Shown: positions 47,183 to 58,281, counted from the first letter of the stretch. The stretch is 64,000 nucleotides of DNA from Candidatus Parcubacteria bacterium (GCA_046050355.1 JBJOPW010000003.1:1-64000); one strand, 5' to 3'. The notes: a model not told the origin generated them from the letters alone. A program made the numbers and translations.

Positions 47183-48858
47183 AGGATGTCTGGTTGAGGA
47201 GCAACAACATCAGTCTTCCAGATTCGCATCTTAAAGGACTTGGTGATTTCTGTCAGCTCTGGCGAACGGAGCACATAATACGTAGCTACGACGCCAGCCA
47301 CACCAAATAGAGCTCCCGTCAAACCTTGAATAAAGATACCAATAAATTTGTCTTGATTGACACCTTCAACGACAAACGCGAGCGCTAGATACGCTACGAG
47401 ACTACCGAGAATTCCCGCAAGCAACGCTCTTGCAAAGGACATAAACAAGTTCTTCCACGGTAATGAGAATCGCCAAGAAAACAAACAAAACATGACAATC
47501 AACTCAATGATAATACCAAGCAAAAATCCAAGCGGTATCATCAGTACCTCGACTCCAACCACGCCATTAAGACGCAAGGCCTCAGTCACCAAGGTAGCAA
47601 AACTGGCCGTCTCCGCAAAAAGCCTTGTACAAACATATGCCCCCACTGCTCCAACTCCAGTACCCAAAGCGGTCACGAGAAGGGGCGTACGAGTCAAGCC
47701 GCCAGCGTAAAAAGCCCGCACCAAGAGCAATAGTATCGCCTGCCCCACCAACGTGAGGACAAACAAGGCCAACGCCGCCGCCACCAGTCTTGTATCATCC
47801 CAATTAAATGATCCACTCCCGAGCAGTACGCGAACAATCTGGGCACGCAGTACAATCACGAGCGCAGTGATGGGAATCGCCCAAAAGATAATATGTCGTA
47901 AGGCAGTTGTCACATACGCCACAAACTTTTTTTCTTCCTTTTTTGCGAGCAAATCTGCTAGCACCGGAAAGGCTGCTACCGAATAACTCATGCCAACAAT
48001 GGCGAGCGGGACTGATTGTAAATTGTAAGCAAATTGCAAAACCGCTACGGAACCAACAGCCAAACTACTCGCAATCATCACAAATACAATCATCTGTAGT
48101 TGCCCAAAAGACAAAGTTAATGCCCGTGGTAATGCTACCTGCGCCACCGACCAAACAAGACGCCAGTCAATTTTCCATACCAAACCAAAGGCCAAACGTG
48201 TCCTCATAACAAGTGGCCACTGCACTACCATATGACCAGCCGCCCCGAGCACAACACCGAAAGCCAAGCCCGGAAGGCCCCAAAGAGGAAAGAACACCAG
48301 CGCCCCAATAATAATACCCACATTGTATAAAAGTGGAGACAGTGCGTATAAAACAAAGCGGTGATGTATCTGTGTAACCACCCCGAATAAACTTGAAATA
48401 CCGAGTAAAAACGGCTGCACCAGCAAGATACGGAGTATCGTTACAATCTGTGTGTATGCTTCAGGCGAAAAACCTGGGAAAAGTTTTGGTACGATAAACG
48501 GCGCACAAATCGCCGCCACAACAGCGACGGTTATATAAAAGAACAAAAAGAGCGAGAACATCTGTGCCAAGACGGCTCGACCACCCGCACCATCGTCTTC
48601 TACCTCAGCTCTGGTCACAAACGGCAACAATACATAGACAGATAACACCGACGCAAATAACACAAATAAGAGATCGGGAATACGAAAAGCAGCATAGTAG
48701 AGATCAAGTTCATAACCAGCCCCAAATTGATGGGCCAGTATGCGGTCGCGAACAATGGCGAGCAGTTGTGAAGCGAGCGTAAAGAGGGCAAGGACATAGG
48801 CTGCCTGATGCAGGCCGCGCACCTCACGGTACAGAAGATTAAAGACACGTGTTACCAT
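47179..48858 (-). CDS. murJ: Lipid II flippase MurJ
   Basis: RD..LA..FG, AFRIPD, SPLLYN, AAFP. Confidence 0.93.
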   Translation of the reverse strand: MVTRVFNLLYREVRGLHQAAYVLALFTLASQLLAIVRDRILAHQFGAGYELDLYYAAFRIPDLLFVLFASVLSVYVLLPFVTRAEVEDDGAGGRAVLAQMFSLFLFFYITVAVVAAICAPFIVPKLFPGFSPEAYTQIVTILRILLVQPFLLGISSLFGVVTQIHHRFVLYALSPLLYNVGIIIGALVFFPLWGLPGLAFGVVLGAAGHMVVQWPLVMRTRLAFGLVWKIDWRLVWSVAQVALPRALTLSFGQLQMIVFVMIASSLAVGSVAVLQFAYNLQSVPLAIVGMSYSVAAFPVLADLLAKKEEKKFVAYVTTALRHIIFWAIPITALVIVLRAQIVRVLLGSGSFNWDDTRLVAAALALFVLTLVGQAILLLLVRAFYAGGLTRTPLLVTALGTGVGAVGAYVCTRLFAETASFATLVTEALRLNGVVGVEVLMIPLGFLLGIIIELIVMFCLFSWRFSLPWKNLFMSFARALLAGILGSLVAYLALAFVVEGVNQDKFIGIFIQGLTGALFGVAGVVATYYVLRSPELTEITKSFKMRIWKTDVVAPQPDIL

Positions 48859-48860
48859 AT

Positions 48861-51329
48861 CTATTCTGTTGGTGCGGGGTCACTCGCTGCTGGTACCGTA
48901 TTGACTGGCACCAACAAATCACTCTCGGGGACTGTCACCGTTGGATCGACAGTACTGTCAGTGTCATTGGGCTCAGGTTCAGTGATGGGAGTGTTTTGCT
49001 GGCCCAGTACCGCCGTGGCTGATTCCCCGCCTTCGAGGCGGGCAATAGTATCACCAAGCACCTCATTGGCTGGATTTAGTTCCCGGACAATCCGCAATTG
49101 TTCGAGCGCGGCCGGAACGTTGTCTTCTTTTAGTAATAACAATGCGAGTAAATATCGTGCGTTTGCATACTGTGGATCGCGGGTGATCGCTTCTATAAAC
49201 GCAGCTTTCGCAGCTCCATCATCACCTTTCGCTTGGAGGAGTACTCCGAGTTGGTAATAGCGACCAGCATTATTCGCTTCAAGCGCTAATATTGATTGAG
49301 TTGTCTTTATTGCCTCATCAATGTTACCAGAAGCAACATCAAGTTCAGCGAGCACACTCAAGGCATCAGTATAATTTGGCTTCTTCTGTAATGACTGCAG
49401 TAATAGAGATCTGGTGCCCTCGACGTTATTTTTTGTTAGCTCAAGGAGAGCTAACTTGAAGTCATAATACGGATTTTGCGGATCGCGGCGGACGGCTTCA
49501 CTGTAGTCTCCTTTTGCTCGATCATAGGCTCCTTCAATTTTTAGTCGGGCGAGCAACTCATAGATATCGCCACGAATTGCCCAATTACGCGCATCACTTG
49601 CTCGTTCTTTAATGGCGATATTACCGGCCTCGAGGGCGGCGGTCGTAACCGCATTAAATTTTTCTACCTCCGTAGGAGATGATGCTCCGGCAGCGATAAT
49701 CGTTGCGAGCGCCTCTAGGTAGTACTGTGCCAAATCTCTCACGTAGCCATCATGAGCATCAAGTGTATGGGCTTTGGCAACCAACCGAGTGATAGTATCA
49801 AGTTGTGCGTCACCAGGCGGAACCTCAAGGGCGGCATTAAATGTGCGTATACTCAGCACTTGACGGAGTAAGTAGTATTCCACCGCTACTGATAGAACCA
49901 CAACAATCATCACACCAGCGATGAGAACAAACCCCGTACGTGAATCACGAAAGAGATTAAACGTAGCCATTGGCTTGTCCATGAGGATCTCATACGCCAC
50001 GACAAATAGTCCCGTGGCAGTAAAGCCAAGCATCAGTATGACCGAACCGGGTACATAGAAAAGTGCAACCAGCCATACAAAGACAGCCACGGTAAAACTG
50101 ATGGTAGCGATAAAATACCAAAAATAATCAGTCACCCGCGGACGAAGAAGTACGCGTGCTCCTTGCCATAGCAACAGACTCAAGAAAACCACCCACGCGA
50201 CAATTGCGAATAAACCGCTCGTCACAAACCAGGTCATGAGGTAACTGCTGCCGGCGTAAAATGGTGTATTCCAAAATAATGTCGTGTTGAGTGATTGATC
50301 TTTGTATAGTTGCCAGGCCTCATGGAAGTGATTTGGTCCAGCCCCCATTATCATCCGATCATTAAAAACACCTTTGAGGATATCCAGTGTCGCCCCTAAG
50401 GAAGGGCGGACCTCAAGGTAACTAATACCGGTCTTACTATTGATGTATGCACCGAGAGTGGTACCTCCGATGACGAACAAGATAGCCATGAGACAAGAGA
50501 TTGCCAAGGCACCAACAACAACGAGTGAGGCCGGTTGACCAGAAGAAGCGACTTTTCCGATACGACCTTTGGTCAGGGTAAACATCAAAAGGAGCAAGCT
50601 AAAAAAGCCAACTACGTACCAGGTCATGGTGAAATTTATCACACCGAGCATGACCAGCGACGAAACAATGGTCAGGAGTACAAATACTTCTAAATATCGT
50701 GGCAAATTGAGCTGAATGAGTGAAATCAGTCCAACAATAATGACTAACGTAAAGAAGATTGCTAGATCATTGAAGCTCCCAATAAGGGTAGCCACCGGCG
50801 AATTAACCAGCCCAAATGATAATATATCAGCGCCGAAGAGTAACCGCGCCACATGGATCAAAGCCAGTATCACCGCTGAGACACACAAGCTACCATACAA
50901 GAAAATCACCCCCGACTTAGCATCTTTAAACACTCCCATCATCAGCATGATGACCAAACCAACCAGCAAAAAACCAACTGTATGAATCTCAAGCTGACCA
51001 CCCCAAAAAGCGACGGATGATTGTGGCGCTAACAAACCAGCCCCGATACTGATGAACACCACACTACCCCAGGCCAGTAAGAGTGTTGGCACGCGTAGCG
51101 CAATTGACCCACGACGTAATATGGCAAGACTGTAGGTCATAACCGCTGCCGTGATCATAGCGGCCATAAAGTGTGTCTTTATCGACGGCGTTAGCGCGGG
51201 TATTCCCGGCACAAAAAGAAGCGGTAGTAGTGACACGGCAACGATCAGTAACCCCCGCGTCAGCTTCATAAAAAACCTATACAATCGATCAACATTTGTT
51301 GTTTGGGGGGCAAATTGCACAAAATTCAT
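48861..51329 (-). CDS. O-antigen-ligase-like polytopic membrane protein with C-terminal TPRs
   Basis: About 12 TM, GAGPNHF..W, TPRs (DPQNP, PNYTDA, DPQYANARY). Confidence 0.8.
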   Translation of the reverse strand: MNFVQFAPQTTNVDRLYRFFMKLTRGLLIVAVSLLPLLFVPGIPALTPSIKTHFMAAMITAAVMTYSLAILRRGSIALRVPTLLLAWGSVVFISIGAGLLAPQSSVAFWGGQLEIHTVGFLLVGLVIMLMMGVFKDAKSGVIFLYGSLCVSAVILALIHVARLLFGADILSFGLVNSPVATLIGSFNDLAIFFTLVIIVGLISLIQLNLPRYLEVFVLLTIVSSLVMLGVINFTMTWYVVGFFSLLLLMFTLTKGRIGKVASSGQPASLVVVGALAISCLMAILFVIGGTTLGAYINSKTGISYLEVRPSLGATLDILKGVFNDRMIMGAGPNHFHEAWQLYKDQSLNTTLFWNTPFYAGSSYLMTWFVTSGLFAIVAWVVFLSLLLWQGARVLLRPRVTDYFWYFIATISFTVAVFVWLVALFYVPGSVILMLGFTATGLFVVAYEILMDKPMATFNLFRDSRTGFVLIAGVMIVVVLSVAVEYYLLRQVLSIRTFNAALEVPPGDAQLDTITRLVAKAHTLDAHDGYVRDLAQYYLEALATIIAAGASSPTEVEKFNAVTTAALEAGNIAIKERASDARNWAIRGDIYELLARLKIEGAYDRAKGDYSEAVRRDPQNPYYDFKLALLELTKNNVEGTRSLLLQSLQKKPNYTDALSVLAELDVASGNIDEAIKTTQSILALEANNAGRYYQLGVLLQAKGDDGAAKAAFIEAITRDPQYANARYLLALLLLKEDNVPAALEQLRIVRELNPANEVLGDTIARLEGGESATAVLGQQNTPITEPEPNDTDSTVDPTVTVPESDLLVPVNTVPAASDPAPTE

Positions 51330-51468
51330 ATGACAAAAAAGACTACCATTACCTCAGGCATACGCTAATCATAGCATAAAAAATGCCTTATCTTTATTAC
51401 TACGGATAAGATTTGTACATAAATGAAAGCAGTGTGTACTGGTTTTTGTGCTGTGCTCCGTAGTAACT

Positions 51469-51987
51469 CTAATTTGATTGGTTGAAAATCGACATATCTA
51501 GTGAGTCACCAGCACTAATCCCAGCTAGCGCAAATAGTCCAGGAATAGTCTCGATAACATACCGGGCTGGTGCTGAGGGACTAAACGACGCGGGGTAGGT
51601 ATCGGGCGAAATATTGGCTGCAATATGGGTAACGGTACCAGAAGCCGTTACCCAGATAATATCAATTGGATAGGCCATATCCTTCATCCAAAATGACCAC
51701 CGCTCGTCAGTCGAAAAGACAAACACCTTGACGATATCTGGCGGCAACGCTGAAGTGTTCGACAAACCTAGTGAACGTTCAGTCTCGGTGGTGGCGAGCG
51801 ATGCATACACCACCTTATCCCCGAGTGTCCATGGTACCAGTGGTTCGAAGTAGCTTCGAGTGGTCGTGGTCGCTATCGGTTTTGGCATCGGCTCTGAAAC
51901 TGCTGGCGGGGCATTACGTACTATAAGCAAGAGTACCAATCCACCACACACGAAGGTGAGGAGCAATAGCTTAAAAGAAGCGGACAT
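51469..51987 (-). CDS. DUF192 protein
   Basis: FWMKDMAYPIDIIW, ARYVIE. Confidence 0.9.
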   Translation of the reverse strand: MSASFKLLLLTFVCGGLVLLLIVRNAPPAVSEPMPKPIATTTTRSYFEPLVPWTLGDKVVYASLATTETERSLGLSNTSALPPDIVKVFVFSTDERWSFWMKDMAYPIDIIWVTASGTVTHIAANISPDTYPASFSPSAPARYVIETIPGLFALAGISAGDSLDMSIFNQSN

Positions 51988-52375
51988 ACAAGAGATATGT
52001 CACTACCGATACTGACATACCAAGGATTGTCCCCCACGCCATATCGACGAGCGTTATCGATAGCGGCCAACCACGTAAGGTAGCGAGGTTAGTGAGATCA
52101 TACGTCGCGTACGTAAAGAAACCGAAGAGAGCACCGTAGATGAACGCGTATTGCCACTCGCCTTTTACTGCCGCTGGGTAAATAGCGAAGATAACGAGAC
52201 CAACGAGAAACACCAGATAAAAGATAATGGCGGCCGTCCAATTGATATCCCCCATGATGTAGCCAAGTTTTTCTCTATAGAAGTTACTGGCTATGAAGCC
52301 GAGCCAGACCATATCAATCGCAAAAAAGATTGGTACTGAGATGAGGTACAACGTCACAAATTGGCTGATATTCAT
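51971..52375 (-). CDS. DUF2177 membrane protein
   Basis: D.VWL, YATYDLTNLATL..W...VDMAWG. Confidence 0.9.
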   Translation of the reverse strand: MNISQFVTLYLISVPIFFAIDMVWLGFIASNFYREKLGYIMGDINWTAAIIFYLVFLVGLVIFAIYPAAVKGEWQYAFIYGALFGFFTYATYDLTNLATLRGWPLSITLVDMAWGTILGMSVSVVTYLLYVRFF

Positions 52376-52454
52376 ATACCCCAAGTATATCACGCGCCAT
52401 ACACAAAAACCGCCCACTACTTCGGACGGTTTTCGCGAAAACACGGTAAAGGCT

Positions 52455-53327
52455 TTACGGTTTTTTGATTGACTCAAGCATTGCCGCCACCCCAGCTAAA
52501 TCTTTGTTGGTACCAGCATCAAGAATGATGGTATTGCCGTGAGCGGCCGCACTGGTGATGGTATCAAGGCGATTGGTATCAGAAAGGAGTTGAATCGATT
52601 GTTCAGTTGAAAGTCCAGCATTTTGCATCGTCCGCATCGCTTCCTCAAGACCACGAGCAATCGCTTCACGCATCTCTGCCATACCCTCACCTTGGAGCTT
52701 CTTACTCTCCGCCTCAGCCTGCGCTGCGCCGACGAGCTTGATACGCTGTGCTTCAGCTTCGTTGCGAGCAGCTTCCATGAGACGCTTACTCGCAATCACT
52801 TGATTGAAGGCATCGCGCACTTCAGCACTGGGCTGTGGTTCGTCTACCAGTACATTTTCGATGATGTACCCAAAGCGAGCAAACTGCGCTGAGAGTGCCG
52901 ACTGGACTTCTTGCTCGACCGCATCGCGGTTGGCGTAGAGGTCGGTCATCTCCATCCCCGAAGCCGTCTGACGGACATTATTGAGGACGTAAGACGCAAT
53001 CTGCTTTTCTGGGGCCTCCAGTTCGTAGTGGGCCTTCACTGCTCCCACACCATCATCACTCGCTCGATACTGTACCTTGACGGGCAAGGTCATAAACGCG
53101 TTGTCACTGGTCTTCACCGACACATCAGCATGGATTTCTTGAATCTGTAAGTTAACCCGCGCCACAATAGCGGTAATAGGCCACGGGGCTTTGACATGGA
53201 GGCCCGGAAAAACCGCCTGCGGATGTGGTCGACCAAAGGTTTCGAGAATCGCGGCCGTCTTCCCTCGCACCACATAGAGCATGGACGGGAGGAGTAAGAG
53301 CACCAGAACGAGAATAATCCAAAACAT
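52455..53327 (-). CDS. SPFH/band-7 protein
   Basis: E.FGR, PGLH, KTSDN, AEAESKKLQGEG. Confidence 0.92.
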   Translation of the reverse strand: MFWIILVLVLLLLPSMLYVVRGKTAAILETFGRPHPQAVFPGLHVKAPWPITAIVARVNLQIQEIHADVSVKTSDNAFMTLPVKVQYRASDDGVGAVKAHYELEAPEKQIASYVLNNVRQTASGMEMTDLYANRDAVEQEVQSALSAQFARFGYIIENVLVDEPQPSAEVRDAFNQVIASKRLMEAARNEAEAQRIKLVGAAQAEAESKKLQGEGMAEMREAIARGLEEAMRTMQNAGLSTEQSIQLLSDTNRLDTITSAAAHGNTIILDAGTNKDLAGVAAMLESIKKP

Positions 53328-53396
53328 ACAATTATTGGTTACTAATTAATACTACCAGCATAACGGAAATCTGCCCGGGTGGCTAGGACGACCCCA

Positions 53397-54203
53397 TTAC
53401 TCGTGAGGTAACTCATCATCATCATGGGCACCGGCCCCGTGAGCATGTTCATCAGTAACTGCAAACGCCACCAGTGACATCACCGCTAATCCAATGAGAA
53501 GGACCAACACGTGCTTGAGAAAGCCAACCCGATCACCATGGTGATGGGGCTTTGGTATGAGGTCATGGAGTACCACGTGGAGGAAAAATCCAGCCGCAAT
53601 AGCGAGGAGCAACACCTCCAGGTCGTGACTGACAACAGCGAGGTAACTCAGTCCTATACCAATAAAGATGGTGCTTGATACCAGGAAGTTGACGAGGAGT
53701 GCTCGCTTTGTGCTATACCCCGCTTGCCTCAAGACAAAGAATTCTGACACTTCTTGCAAGGCTTCGTGAATAAGAATTGATACCGTCACTGCCATACCAA
53801 GCGCTGGCGAGACGAGAAAGGCCGGTACCAAGATAATACCGTCGCCAATATTATGGACGGCGTCCCCCACAATCAGCTTTCGTGCACTCGTGCGATGGCC
53901 ATGGTGGTCATGCTCACACTCGGGCTCATGGTGCTGGTGGGCTTCCGGTAGTAGATACTCGAGTCCCCACGCCAAGACATACCCCGCACCGATAAGGAGG
54001 ACGGCCAGGAGTGCAGTGTCCGTGAGCGCAAACACCTCAAGAGCCAAGGCGCCTGAGGTTACAAGGAAGACTCCGGCCGAAAACGACACAAGGTACGACA
54101 GTCGCTCCTCAAGAAACTTGGCTGCTACTTTGTGGGTAAATAAAATACCCGTGAGTGACGTCACCATCACAAGGAGTCCGGCACCAATAATTTGTAGTTC
54201 CAT
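53397..54203 (-). CDS. ZIP-family zinc transporter
   Basis: His-rich loop, GDAVHNIGDG, HEALQEVSEF, DLIP. Confidence 0.92.
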   Translation of the reverse strand: MELQIIGAGLLVMVTSLTGILFTHKVAAKFLEERLSYLVSFSAGVFLVTSGALALEVFALTDTALLAVLLIGAGYVLAWGLEYLLPEAHQHHEPECEHDHHGHRTSARKLIVGDAVHNIGDGIILVPAFLVSPALGMAVTVSILIHEALQEVSEFFVLRQAGYSTKRALLVNFLVSSTIFIGIGLSYLAVVSHDLEVLLLAIAAGFFLHVVLHDLIPKPHHHGDRVGFLKHVLVLLIGLAVMSLVAFAVTDEHAHGAGAHDDDELPHE

Positions 54204-54253
54204 ACAAAAATTAAACGCAAGTAATTTGCATTTAGCATCATACCAAAACCACA

Positions 54254-54282
54254 CAGCTATTGCAAGTGACTTGCAATAGCTG
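54254..54282. promoter_or_regulatory. Fur/Zur-type operator
   Basis: Perfect 14-1-14 CAGCTATTGCAAGT-G-ACTTGCAATAGCTG; weaker related site 54212-54234. Confidence 0.75.
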
Positions 54283-54305
54283 CCACGTCACGGTATAATT
54301 TTTAA

Positions 54306-54662
54306 ATGCAAAAGCGCTTTAGTCAAAAACGTGAAGATATACGCCAATTCCTCGCCGAAGCGAAAGAAGCGCTATCGGCAGCTCAGATAGTAGCTGCTCT
54401 TCCCCATATTGACCTCACGACGGTGTACCGGAACCTCGACCAGTTCGTGGCTGATGGCGACGTCAAAAAAATCACGCTCGGAGGCGAAGCGCTCTACGAA
54501 TACCAACCGCACCCGCATCACCACGCAGTCTGTGATACTTGTCAGCGGATTATCCACTTCACAGCGCCGGACGAAAAAATAAAACTACTGCTCGGTCTAC
54601 GAGACTTTACCATTAGCAGTCTCGAGCTCACCGTTCATGGTCTCTGCGACCACCAAAAGTAG
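54306..54662 (+). CDS. Fur-family regulator (probably Zur)
   Basis: TVYRNL, HHHAVCDTC, GLCDH; divergent from ZIP. Confidence 0.92.
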   Translation: MQKRFSQKREDIRQFLAEAKEALSAAQIVAALPHIDLTTVYRNLDQFVADGDVKKITLGGEALYEYQPHPHHHAVCDTCQRIIHFTAPDEKIKLLLGLRDFTISSLELTVHGLCDHQK

Positions 54663-54671
54663 CAGTGGCCC

Positions 54672-55922
54672 CTACAACAAGAAGAATGCCCCTAATCCCA
54701 ATAAAAAGAGTAGTCCAAATACATCGGTAGTGGTTGAAATAAAAATCATTGAGGTAGCAGCAGGATCAAAGCCGAATCGCTTCAAGATTAAAGGAGTAAT
54801 CGTACCAAAAAAGCCAGCTACCATATGCACACCGAGGATACTTAAAGCGACCACGAGCCCCAACCAAAGCGATTGACCCATTATGAGTGATAAGAGGGCA
54901 ACGATACACCCAATCAAACCCCCTGTCATCACGGCAGCAGCCACTTCATGCTTGAGTACGCCAAAGCTATCCGCCAGCGACACCGATCCTAAGGTAATGC
55001 CGCGTACCGTCACCGCAAAGGTCTGACTGGCTGCGTTCCCTCCCATACCAGCGACTACCGGTATATAAATCGACAAAAATGTCAGCGCTTCCATCGTATC
55101 CTGAAACAAAAGAATGACCCCAGCCGCCAAAAAGCAAGTAGCGAGATTGAGAACCAACCACGGGCTGCGGTTTTTGAACTTCTTCCACGCGCTATCATGA
55201 GGGCGTTCACTACTATCGACCCCAGCGATACTATACAGTGATTCAGCGGGTAGGTGTCCAAACAGATCAAGGGCGTCGTCGGCATAGATAACACCGAGCA
55301 CGCTACTATCATTATCAAGCACAATCACCTTACGTCTACCTGAACTAGTGATAGTCTCTATAATCTCCCCAACTTCCGCCTGGTACGTGATGGTAGTGAC
55401 TGGTTGCGCAAATTTGGCTAGCGAGACATTACTGCGTTCTCTCACCAGTACCCCGATTGGGACTTCGCCAAGCAATTGACCCGCTTCATGAACGAGTATC
55501 TCGGGAAACTTACCAGTTTCTTCATAATGGGCTTCAATGATGTCACCAGCCTCACCAACAGTTGTAGTGGCCGGAATAAACACGTAATTAAAATGAACCA
55601 ATGCAAACGTTGCTTTGGGATGAAAGCGAAGGAAATACTCAACTTTATCCTTGATATCAGCTTTTAAGGCCGAGACAATTTTCCCACGACGATGCGGATC
55701 TTTGATGCGAGTGACCAGCCGCTCGGCCGCCTGCAAATCCATGTGATCAAGAATATCAATAATCTCACGATCGGAAAGCTCCCGTAATATCTGTTGTTGC
55801 ACATAGGCTGAGACAGATTGCAAGATAGTGCTCTGCTCACCAATGGAAAGCCCACGCAACAAAGCTACTCGCTCTTGCGGATGATAGGTGACTTGCTTAG
55901 CTACTGCGTCGACATCATTCAT
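54672..55922 (-). CDS. mgtE: Magnesium transporter MgtE
   Basis: R.PWL, MGGNAASQT, DPA, TTTD. Confidence 0.92.
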   Translation of the reverse strand: MNDVDAVAKQVTYHPQERVALLRGLSIGEQSTILQSVSAYVQQQILRELSDREIIDILDHMDLQAAERLVTRIKDPHRRGKIVSALKADIKDKVEYFLRFHPKATFALVHFNYVFIPATTTVGEAGDIIEAHYEETGKFPEILVHEAGQLLGEVPIGVLVRERSNVSLAKFAQPVTTITYQAEVGEIIETITSSGRRKVIVLDNDSSVLGVIYADDALDLFGHLPAESLYSIAGVDSSERPHDSAWKKFKNRSPWLVLNLATCFLAAGVILLFQDTMEALTFLSIYIPVVAGMGGNAASQTFAVTVRGITLGSVSLADSFGVLKHEVAAAVMTGGLIGCIVALLSLIMGQSLWLGLVVALSILGVHMVAGFFGTITPLILKRFGFDPAATSMIFISTTTDVFGLLFLLGLGAFFLL

Positions 55923-55936
55923 AGAGTCGAGAGTGA

Positions 55937-56881
55937 TTAAATGAGCACTTCAATTTTGGCGTCTTTTTTGAGCGTATCAATGTATGCACTGATCAATTCC
56001 TGTTCTTTGCCAAAGCGGATTTCTTGTTCGATTTGCGGTCGCACTTCTTCGAGTGGCGGGACCTTAACTTCAGGATTGGCAGTGACACTCTTATAGAGAG
56101 CAGCCACCTCCTCGTCAGTCACAGTGATATCGTCGGTCTTCACTGCACTATCAAGATGTGTCTGAATGAGAATCTCATCTTCAATGTCCTGCATGAGACC
56201 GTCTTTGGTAATTTTGAGCTCTACCATCCGCGCCATTAAAGCCTCTTCCCCACCTTGTGAAGCAACAATTCCTTGGTAACGCTCAGTAATCTGCTCTTCA
56301 GTTACTACGACACCAGCATTGCGAGCAGCTTGCTTCAACAGAGTGCTATTTACAAGCACATCAATCGCTTGTTTTTTGATTTGTTCAGCTACCGCTGGGT
56401 CACTCGCATCGGCTCCTTGTGTGGCCGCTTGAAGTGAGAGCTGCTCAACGTTCTTGTCATAGAGTGACTGTGGGATCTTTTCACCGTTCACTTTTGCTAC
56501 TGCCGCTTCAGGCATAATGAGTGCACTTACCTGATCAAAAATACCCGTGTTGACACGACCTTGTTTTTCAAGGAGATAGAGCAGGGCTCCGCCCATCAGT
56601 ACTACTATGAGAGCTGCAATACCGTATTGTTTCAATACTTGCCGGCGAGCCGATGGATTACCAACTGTAGGTGTGGACGTCATCGTGGCAGCGATAGCTG
56701 TCGCTCCCAAGTCAGTAGAGACAGTAACCGGCGCCACACTCTCTGATGAGGTAGCAGCTACGTTTGTCACCGCGTTAACCTCCCCATCAGTGTGTACCGT
56801 GGTACTTGTCGTTGTAGTTTCTGGCACCTGAGTTCCTGTTGACTCTGGAGTTGTTGTAGTGGTAGTGGTTGGTTCTTGCAT
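55937..56881 (-). CDS. SurA N-terminal-domain (PrsA-like) foldase
   Basis: Thr-rich N-terminus, TM, VAKVNGEKI, LKKDAKIEVL. Confidence 0.85.
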   Translation of the reverse strand: MQEPTTTTTTTPESTGTQVPETTTTSTTVHTDGEVNAVTNVAATSSESVAPVTVSTDLGATAIAATMTSTPTVGNPSARRQVLKQYGIAALIVVLMGGALLYLLEKQGRVNTGIFDQVSALIMPEAAVAKVNGEKIPQSLYDKNVEQLSLQAATQGADASDPAVAEQIKKQAIDVLVNSTLLKQAARNAGVVVTEEQITERYQGIVASQGGEEALMARMVELKITKDGLMQDIEDEILIQTHLDSAVKTDDITVTDEEVAALYKSVTANPEVKVPPLEEVRPQIEQEIRFGKEQELISAYIDTLKKDAKIEVLI

Positions 56882-56966
56882 AGTCAATAACAATCAAATC
56901 AATAAGAGCGTAATCGCACCAAAAAACAGCGCAATAACGGTGTTAGTATACCATGCTCTTTTATGA

Positions 56967-57719
56967 TTATTCTAGCGCACCCCCATGTTCAGTACTCCAC
57001 GCGTACATTACAATGGCAGCCGAAGCGGCAGCATTAAGCGATTCGCAGCGCGGATGCATCGGAATAGAAAGTAGTGTATCACAGGCTTCGCGTGTCTTTT
57101 CGCGGAGACCATGCCCTTCGTTACCAAGTACAAAGACCGCCGGCTTGGTAAAGCGCTCTTGGGGCAATGGGACCGCCCCCGCTTCACCAGCCAGTCCATA
57201 CACCCAAGCCCCACGTTTCTTTAAATCACTGAGGGTGGCGTTGACATTTCGTATTTCGACAATTGGTATCCGAAACGCCATGCCGGCCGATACTTTGACC
57301 ACCGTTCCGGTCAGCGGTGCCTGATTGTGTGGCGGGATCATGACCGCTGCAAACCCACAGGCCGCAGCCGAACGAATGACAGCCCCAACATTATGGGGAT
57401 CTTGTACCTCACCGAGCACTAAGATTGCTGTGTCCGGCGTTAGAGTAATAGTTTCGATAAAACGCTTGTATTCCGTCAAAAGTCCGGCCACATACACACC
57501 AGCCACCACTCCTTGGTGTACCGCATCACTCCGGAGGCCACCCGGGAGACGTTTTTCGTTTAAAAGTTTGGGTGCCACTTTAGCTCGTTCAAATTTGGCC
57601 AATAATTTGGCGTCACGAAAATCAGCCGCAACGTATAGTTCACGGACCAAGTCAGGGCGAAAACTTAACGCTTCATCAATAGCGTGTTTGCCAAATACGT
57701 AGACAAGTTCTTTTTGCAT
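56967..57719 (-). CDS. rlmB: TrmH/RlmB-family 23S rRNA methyltransferase
   Basis: HQGV, QDPHNVGAVIRS, GNEGHG, ESLNAAAS. Confidence 0.9.
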   Translation of the reverse strand: MQKELVYVFGKHAIDEALSFRPDLVRELYVAADFRDAKLLAKFERAKVAPKLLNEKRLPGGLRSDAVHQGVVAGVYVAGLLTEYKRFIETITLTPDTAILVLGEVQDPHNVGAVIRSAAACGFAAVMIPPHNQAPLTGTVVKVSAGMAFRIPIVEIRNVNATLSDLKKRGAWVYGLAGEAGAVPLPQERFTKPAVFVLGNEGHGLREKTREACDTLLSIPMHPRCESLNAAASAAIVMYAWSTEHGGALE

Positions 57720-57744
57720 GCAGGGTAGACTACCACAGCAATAA

Positions 57745-58212
57745 TTATAAACAAGTCATTGCTTTCATACCTTCAACAACTGTTGGCGCGTCTCCCGCTT
57801 TGATCGCAGCTACTCGATCTTTACCAATAGTCTCAATAAAGCAAGCTTCGAGTTCTGGGGTGAGGGTTTTTGGCAACTTGGCTTCATCAATACCAAGTTT
57901 TGACAACAGCCGTCGCTGTTCGGGAGACAACCAATCGGCGGTAAGAGAAGCAGCTGGAGTTGGATCTGATGACTCCTCATTACTCGATACGGTATCGGTT
58001 ACTGGTGAGTCTGGCACGAGAGATCCACTAAAATCAATCCCACTTTCAGTTACTTCACCACGAATATTATTGGCAAAATTAATTACCTCATCCTTTGACG
58101 GCATGTCGGTATAGACTCGAATCAAACTAATAACCACAAAAGCCGCCGCAAAAATACCAACAAATACTAAGACTCCAGCTGTCCATGAACGTTTACCTGG
58201 CTGCATATACAT
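57745..58212 (-). CDS. Hypothetical membrane-anchored protein
   Basis: TM, Q..L...GID, Cys pair. Confidence 0.75.
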   Translation of the reverse strand: MYMQPGKRSWTAGVLVFVGIFAAAFVVISLIRVYTDMPSKDEVINFANNIRGEVTESGIDFSGSLVPDSPVTDTVSSNEESSDPTPAASLTADWLSPEQRRLLSKLGIDEAKLPKTLTPELEACFIETIGKDRVAAIKAGDAPTVVEGMKAMTCL

Positions 58213-58281
58213 GACAGTATATCAGACCCCAGGAGGATGTCTTCATATATCTATCTGGTATGATATGCATGATACTCCACT

